Shown here piece after piece: positions 57,224 to 64,000 of a stretch of 64,000 bases of DNA. The notes under the pieces were generated by a model. The model ran no database searches and was not told the origin of the DNA. It worked only from the letters and a program-made list of their open reading frames with translations. The position numbers and the translations under genes were made by a program. Numbering within the stretch: the stretch's first letter is position 1; every line of letters begins with the position of its first letter. Origin of the DNA: an uncultured Acidimicrobiales bacterium (GTDB lineage: Bacteria > Actinomycetota > Acidimicrobiia > Acidimicrobiales > CAWCAL01); contig CAWCAL010000013.1 in assembly GCA_963793475.1 (NCBI GenBank), positions 6,614 through 70,613 of the forward strand. The letters are read 5' to 3'.

Positions 57224-58966
57224 TTACTCGACTAGGCGGATGGGGTCTCCGGAGAGGCCGGCGCTCCAGACGGTGTGGTCGAAGACGTCGGCGCCGGCAT
57301 CCCACTGGAAGCGCAGCTTCACCCAGCACCCGAGGTTGCTGGCGACCGCGCAGTCGTAGTCGGACGGCAGGGGTACGTACACCGTCACCAGGTCACCGTT
57401 GAAGCTCCCGTTCACGTTGTCCAGCGTGCAGTTGTCGGCCGGGTTGGGTGTCCCGTTCGTCGTCCCGATGGTGTCCTCCCAGATGCAGCCGCTGAACACG
57501 TTGGTTCCGGCAGGACCGTACGTCCCGTCGCTGTTCATGTACTCGATGGGGGGCAGCACCTGGATGTGCCCGTTGCCGCTACCGTCGCCGACGTCCCAGA
57601 ACGAGACCTCGATGAAGCTCCCGCTGGTGGCCGGTGGCACCCGGGTGAGGAAGAACTCGGTGTTGGCGGCGACGGCGCCGACGAACATCGGCAACCGACC
57701 GGTGGCTGCGATGCTGACGTCGGTTCCGTCCAGCGTCTCGACGCCGGCGGTGCCGAACCCGACGCGCAGCGAGTACTTGTTGATCCCGCTCCCGCCGCCG
57801 CCGGTCGTGGACGTGGGGCTCCCCCAGCCCGAGTTGGTCCGGACCTGGAGGATGTACTGGCCGACCTCGACCAGACCGTTCGGAATCGTGCACAGGGTCA
57901 CCCACTGTCGGAACTGGCCGGCGAACTCAGCGTGGTCGCCGTCCCTCCAACCGTCGTCGGGGTCGAGATACCTGTGGATGTTGCTGCCACCGGTGTCGGA
58001 GAAGCCCCGGTACTGGCGGGGGGCGCACGTTCCGGTGGTGATGATCGGGTTGTCCAGGTCGTTCTGCGGGGTCAGGTCAGGGGCCCGCAGGATGAAGGTC
58101 GTGACGTTGACCGATCCGTTGTCGGCCGTGCAGTAGATGTGATCGGAAGGAGAGGTGACCACGCCGCCGACGACGACGTTGGGCTCCCACCGGCCGCGCT
58201 CGTAGCGCTCCCGGGCGTTCTCGCCGGGTTTCGTGTAGGTGCCGCCGTCGCCATAGAGGGCGGGATGGTCGTTGACCAGCTCCTGGTTGTCCGAGTCGGT
58301 CGGCAGGCGCCCACAGCTGGTGAATCCGACGTCCACATGGCCGGGATCGAACGCTTCCAGGACGAGGTCGCCGCTTGCGGGTACCGACTTGACATCGAGC
58401 TTGTAGGTGTACCCGTTGGGGTCGTATTCGCTCGACCCGTTGCTGGCCTGGAACCGGTCGCCCGCGGACGGACTGGACCCGGGTCCGGCGTTCATCAGCC
58501 AGTACTCGGGTTGAGGATGGGCGAGGCTCGTGCTGTTGCCCAGCCAGTTGTTGGGCGACCCCATGATCGACGGGCCCTGGAACTCGGCCAGGGCGGTGCG
58601 GGTGACGGTGGTCTGCGTCACACCGAACAGACCGGCGAAGAAGTTGTCGACGGTCCGTTCGACCGTGACACGAAGCTGGTTGGCGCGGTTGCCGTCCTCG
58701 ACGGTGATGTCGGTGGAGCTGAATCCGTTGGCGCCGGCTGCCTCGACGGCGGTGACGCGCGAGCCCGGCACGTCGAGGGGCAGCTTGGTCACGCCGGCCA
58801 GTGCGCCGGCGTCGGCCGCCTGCTGGGCCCGGTTGGCGGTCAGGTACCAGTGACCGACGTCGATTGCGAAGCCGGCCGCACCGAGCATCACGATCAGGAG
58901 GATCATGGTGGTGGGGAGCGCGACCCCGCTGCTCACCGTCGGGCATCCACGCCGGTCGCCGGACAC
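57224..58966 (-). CDS. TadG-like protein (Tad_N/pilus-assembly N-terminal domain plus large C-terminal extracellular region)
   Basis: ORF 57224..58966. The N-terminus LPTTMILLIVMLGAAGFAIDVGHWYLTANRAQQAADAGALAG matches the TadG-type N-terminal domain. The remaining ~480 aa are G/T/S/N/D-rich and beta-type. The start is GTG at 58966 or 58936. Confidence 0.7.
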   Translation of the reverse strand: MSGDRRGCPTVSSGVALPTTMILLIVMLGAAGFAIDVGHWYLTANRAQQAADAGALAGVTKLPLDVPGSRVTAVEAAGANGFSSTDITVEDGNRANQLRVTVERTVDNFFAGLFGVTQTTVTRTALAEFQGPSIMGSPNNWLGNSTSLAHPQPEYWLMNAGPGSSPSAGDRFQASNGSSEYDPNGYTYKLDVKSVPASGDLVLEAFDPGHVDVGFTSCGRLPTDSDNQELVNDHPALYGDGGTYTKPGENARERYERGRWEPNVVVGGVVTSPSDHIYCTADNGSVNVTTFILRAPDLTPQNDLDNPIITTGTCAPRQYRGFSDTGGSNIHRYLDPDDGWRDGDHAEFAGQFRQWVTLCTIPNGLVEVGQYILQVRTNSGWGSPTSTTGGGGSGINKYSLRVGFGTAGVETLDGTDVSIAATGRLPMFVGAVAANTEFFLTRVPPATSGSFIEVSFWDVGDGSGNGHIQVLPPIEYMNSDGTYGPAGTNVFSGCIWEDTIGTTNGTPNPADNCTLDNVNGSFNGDLVTVYVPLPSDYDCAVASNLGCWVKLRFQWDAGADVFDHTVWSAGLSGDPIRLVE

Positions 58967-58993
58967 GACCCAAGCAGCCCATTTGCGGGGTCC

Positions 58994-59629
58994 CTAAGGC
59001 TCGCACGTCAGACCTCCTGAGGTGGGCACCGGCTCGAGGCGCATGACCGTGTGGGCGGTGAGCGTCTTGCTCGACCCGAACGCGGCGGTGAGGAAGTTGT
59101 GCCTCGCCCGCACGTACACCCCGATGTAGTCCGTGCTGCCATCGGCACCACAGGCGGCTTGGGTCAACGGTGGCCACGTTCCGGCCACATAGGCCCAGTC
59201 GCCCTCCCCCCCCGAGGCGGTATCGTCCCACGCGTAGCGGTAGCACTCGGTGCAGGTCTCGAAGTCGCTGCCGTCGGACGGCTCACCGGTGACGGGATCG
59301 GCCTTGTAGATCGAGAGGTACTCGATCTCGCCCGACTGGAACGCATTGAGCAGCGCACCACGCACCGCGGCAGCGGTGTTGATCTCGTAGGCGGTCTGGC
59401 GGGGAAGCGCGGAGGCGACCCGAGCGCCGCTGCGGGTGGCCGACGTGAGCGTGAGGGAGTTCTTGAACGCGAACCCGAACTCGAACACGCCGAAGACGAC
59501 GAGGAGCAGCACGGGCAGGACGATGGCCGCTTCGATCAGCGCCGCCCCGCGCTCGCTGCGCTTTCGCAGGCGGCGCGTGAAGGGGAAGAGCCCCCGACAG
59601 CGGAGACGTGCGGTGGTGTCGTGGGTCAC
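58994..59629 (-). CDS. TadE-like pseudopilin
   Basis: GTG at 59629 overlaps the upstream stop (GTGA). RKRSERG/AALIEAAIVLPVLLLVVFGVFEFGF is a Flp/Tad-type class III signal, with Gly then Glu at +5. 211 aa. Confidence 0.7.
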   Translation of the reverse strand: MTHDTTARLRCRGLFPFTRRLRKRSERGAALIEAAIVLPVLLLVVFGVFEFGFAFKNSLTLTSATRSGARVASALPRQTAYEINTAAAVRGALLNAFQSGEIEYLSIYKADPVTGEPSDGSDFETCTECYRYAWDDTASGGEGDWAYVAGTWPPLTQAACGADGSTDYIGVYVRARHNFLTAAFGSSKTLTAHTVMRLEPVPTSGGLTCEP

Positions 59630-60309
59630 GGCTTCTCCAGAGTCATGCTGGCCCCGACGCCATCCCACCCGGGGGAGGAGGAGACGTTGTCGACGGTGAA
59701 CGTGGTGGGATCGTCGTTGTCCTTGCGGTTACCCCAGACCAGCTGGCACCGGCCGCTGCTGTTGGTGGTGCAGCTCCGGGTCCGGGTGTTCCCGTCGGCG
59801 GTGACGAAGGTGCCCGTCACGCTTGCGCCCTGGACGTTGCCGCCCGTATCGCTGCGATCGATGTTGACCCGCACTCGAGCCCGCCAGTCGCCGTCCCCTT
59901 CGATGTACGACCTGTCCTCCAGGAGCCCGATGTAGGAGAACACCGGCGGCAGGGTCGTGGTCGTGGCGGGCAGCGTGGTGGGGGTGGTCGTGATCGTCGT
60001 CGACGTGGTGGACGTGCTGGTCGAGGTCGTCGACGTCGTGGTCGCCGGGATCGTGGTCGTCGTCGTGGTGGTCGTCGTCGTGGTCGGGATCGTCACCGGC
60101 AGCGTCGTGGTGGGGCTCCACCCCAGCGTGGTCTTCGACACCTCGTACTCGGGAACCGCGCCGATACCCGAGCTGGAGCCCTGGTAGAAGTCGGTCGTCC
60201 GCTCGTGGATGACACCGACGACGCCCATGAGCACCATCGTGAAGGCCGCGAACACGAGCGCGTACTCGGGTAGGAAAGCGCCTCGCTCGTCTCTTCTCCG
60301 ACCCGACAT
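59626..60309 (-). CDS. Flp/TadE-type pseudopilin-like protein with ~57-aa Thr-rich linker and C-terminal beta domain
   Basis: ATG at 60309. RRRDERG/AFLPEYALVFAAFTMVLMGVV fits the G/xxxxE[YF] prepilin motif. The Thr/Ser/Pro tract is encoded at 59944..60114. The C-terminal ~100 aa contain two Cys. Confidence 0.6.
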   Translation of the reverse strand: MSGRRRDERGAFLPEYALVFAAFTMVLMGVVGVIHERTTDFYQGSSSGIGAVPEYEVSKTTLGWSPTTTLPVTIPTTTTTTTTTTTIPATTTSTTSTSTSTTSTTITTTPTTLPATTTTLPPVFSYIGLLEDRSYIEGDGDWRARVRVNIDRSDTGGNVQGASVTGTFVTADGNTRTRSCTTNSSGRCQLVWGNRKDNDDPTTFTVDNVSSSPGWDGVGASMTLEKP

Positions 60310-60414
60310 CTCGTCCTCGCCATGGCTCCGGTTGCAGCACGGAGGGCCCGTGACGCAATCCACCCACAGCTCGTCTTTCGACAGGGTCGGTCGGCATCTT
60401 GAGCACTTGTACCC

Positions 60415-60439
60415 AAAAGGCCTACCGCTTGGGTAGGTC
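60415..60439 (-). terminator. Intrinsic terminator downstream of rpmA
   Basis: The minus-sense sequence GACCTACC-CAAGC-GGTAGGCC is followed by TTTT. It is the only hairpin in the window followed by a T-run. It lies between the rpmA stop (60498) and the pseudopilin start (60309). Confidence 0.55.
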
Positions 60440-60497
60440 TACCTACGGATGCAGCGCGGATCGGCGGCGGGCGAGCGCCCTCGCCGGTCGGCCGGGA

Positions 60498-60752
60498 TCA
60501 GCTCGCGGGAACGATATCGACGAGTTTGCGGCCCCGGCGGCTGCCGAACCGCACCTGGCCGTCGCTGGTGGCGAAGAGGGTGTCGTCGCCACCCTTGCCC
60601 ACGTTCTCACCGGGGTGGATCCGGGTGCCGCGCTGGCGCACGATGATGGCGCCGGCCTGGACGACGGTGCCGTCGCTGGCCTTGACGCCCAGTCGCTTGC
60701 TCTGTGAATCGCGGCCGTTCCGGGTGGAGCCGCCGCCCTTGGTCTTGGACAT
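60498..60752 (-). CDS. rpmA: 50S ribosomal protein L27
   Basis: ORF 60498..60752: [61 protein letters not shown]. Confidence 0.95.
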   Translation of the reverse strand: MSKTKGGGSTRNGRDSQSKRLGVKASDGTVVQAGAIIVRQRGTRIHPGENVGKGGDDTLFATSDGQVRFGSRRGRKLVDIVPAS

Positions 60753-60758
60753 GCTGGA

Positions 60759-61070
60759 TCAGCCCTTCGAGATCTCGGTGATACGGATGGTGTTGAGCTC
60801 CTGGCGGTGGCCCCACCGGCGCCGCTGGTTGCTCTTGTTCTTGTAGGTGAAGCCGGTGATCTTCGGGCCCTCGGTGGTGATCGACCACCTCGGCCCGACA
60901 CGGACGCGCCGCTGAGCTGGTCGGGCGTGGCCAGGACGGTGTCACCGTCGACGACCATGACCGGGGCCAGCTCGACCGACGGCGTCGGGCTCGCCGACGA
61001 GCTCGACCTCGAGCTCCTGGCCCTCTTCGACTCGGTACTGCTTGCCACCGGTGTGAACGACTGCGTACAT
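60759..61070 (-). CDS. rplU: 50S ribosomal protein L21; three frame breaks as assembled
   Basis: ATG at 61070 (MYAVVHTGGKQYRVEEGQELEVELV...). The remaining segments are found in the other two frames (ELAPVMVVDGDTVLATPDQLSG; AEVVDHHRG). The final segment, PKITGFTYKNKSNQRRRWGHRQELNTIRITEI, returns to the ATG frame. Breaks lie near 60975-60985, 60888-60898 and 60861-60873. Total length is a multiple of 3. Confidence 0.85.
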
Positions 61071-61155
61071 GATGTGTGCGACCTCTGGGACGAAACCATG
61101 TGACTCTAGCGGTCGGGGAGCGGTCTCCAAGGACCGCCGGTCCGGGACGCGTCGC

Positions 61156-62902
<1,747 letters not shown>

Positions 62903-62918
62903 GGTGGACGTTCCTTCC

Positions 62919-64000
62919 TCATGACGCACGCAACGTTGCGGGCGCGGTCCATGTCGCACGGACGAGGTCGTCGCTGGTCCCGGCCGCGGAGGGCGGGGAC
63001 TCGAGCGGTGCTCGTCGGGCGCCAGTGGACCCGGTCCATTGGTGAATGCGTCGGACTCGGACCTCGTCTACCGGTTCATCGGGGAGCTGGAGCAGCTCGA
63101 TGAACTCGGCGGGTCGGAGCGAACGCGGTTGGGTGGCGAGCTCGACGTGGAGCGTGCCCCCGTTGGGATCCCGTTCGTCGGTGCTCGAGCCGCAAGAATG
63201 GCGGGGCGAGCGTCATCGACACGCTCGCGGCCCTTGCGGACCCGACGGAGGGGAAGCTGGTCGGCAGCGAGGATCCCGGCGACCCGCTGCCGGAGCAGAT
63301 CCGGCGGGGTGACGAGAAGGTCATCTGCCATGTGCAGTGGGTCACGGCCGCTTGCAGCGACGGTGCTCCACGTTCGACACTGCCGCACGCCGTGGCGCGG
63401 ATCCCGTTGGGGAGCACGGCCGAGAGGCGGTCGGGCAGTGTGTCGAGCTGAAGGGAGTTCGGCGATCCGCGCTGAACGTCCAGGTCGATGTCGATGTACT
63501 CGGCCTCGGATTCGTGGCCGTTGGAGAGCGCCAGGCCGAAGTGCATCTTCGGGCGGGGCGAGAACCCCTCGGTGTAGGCGATGGGCAGCTCGGCCCGACG
63601 GAAGGCCCGCTCCCAGAGCTCGGGCGGTGTCGCGGTGGCGAGATGAACCGCACCTTGCCCTGTTTGGCGTAGCGGATCCGCACCCTCACGATGCGGCTCC
63701 CATGGTGGACCGGATGCCGACCGGACATCGGGCGCTGCCTGCGCTCTGCGAGATCCTGGCCGGTGCCCTGGCTGCCACCGGCGGGCGGCACCGCCGAGGC
63801 GACGATGTGCTCGATGCCGTAGCCGGTGCAGGCGCCACAGTCGTAGCACGGGCGTCCACCGGCAGTCCTCGAGCCCGACCTCGGCCGAGGGCGTCCCGCC
63901 AGTCCTGCCAGAGGAAGTCCTTGTGCAGCCCGACCGACAGGTGATCCCAGGGGAGCACCTCGTCCTCGGTGCGGTGGCGGTGGGTGTACCAGTCCATCGA
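62919..64000 (-). CDS. Radical SAM protein (TIGR03960-like C-terminus) fused to a DUF2344/TIGR03936-like domain; partial at the right edge, several frame breaks as assembled
   Basis: Segments found: WYTHRHRTEDEVLPWDHLSVGLHKDFLWQDWRDAL; CYDCGACTGYGIEHIV-type (manual); VRIRYAKQGKVRFIS; ELWERAFRRAELPIAYTEGFSPRPKMHFGLALSNGHESEAEYIDIDL; GTLHVELATQPRSLRPAEFIELL. The stop at 62919-62921 is 17 nt before rne. Confidence 0.7.

Noticed and set aside
59944-60114. Low-complexity gtc/gtg repeat DNA as a noncoding microsatellite or a plus-strand Val-rich ORF (59957..60187).
   Set aside because: It lies inside a minus-strand ORF with a clear pilin-type N-terminus and a structured C-terminal domain. The plus-strand reading is a shadow of the Thr-codon tract.

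Overview
This is a very GC-rich chromosomal segment; third codon positions are almost all G/C. The gene content looks like Actinomycetota: F420-type LLM oxidoreductase, PAC2, class II DAHP synthase, and the rne-rplU-rpmA-obg-proB...proA...nadD-rsfS...leuS...comEA-comEC backbone, all on the minus strand. No transposase, integrase, CRISPR array or rRNA was seen, and there is one tRNA, tRNA-Ala(GGC). Accessory blocks sit between the backbone genes. (1) A mazEF toxin-antitoxin pair followed by a 98-bp tandem repeat. (2) A LIV-type ABC importer compressed into three genes: fused LivH-LivM, a full MFS domain fused to LivF+LivG ATPases, and a binding protein. (3) An ECF sigma factor divergent from a lipoprotein gene and a ~1470-aa Ser/Thr-kinase/STAND-NTPase/WD40 protein. 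(4) A pyruvate-node block: ppdK, then PFOR coupled to a DHOD-like gene. (5) sir-cysH plus a PaaX-like regulator and a D-cysteine desulfhydrase-family enzyme. (6) proA followed by two paralogous sulfatase/LTA-synthase-like membrane enzymes and a MoxR-VWA pair. (7) An AAA+ / coiled-coil membrane protein / MurJ chain with overlapping stop and start codons, followed by pspA. (8) Three Tad-type pseudopilin-like genes inserted between rpmA and obg. Many otherwise well-conserved genes, including essential rplU, obg and rne, are broken by single-base frame changes. The ones I resolved lie in short G/C runs. I read these as assembly indels, not pseudogenes, and annotated those genes across the breaks. 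Several short palindromic or tandem intergenic repeat families are present. I found no complete, obviously novel system. The most unusual architectures are the kinase-STAND-WD40/ECF locus, the MFS-LivFG fusion, the AAA+/MurJ/PspA cluster and the orphan Tad pseudopilin module.
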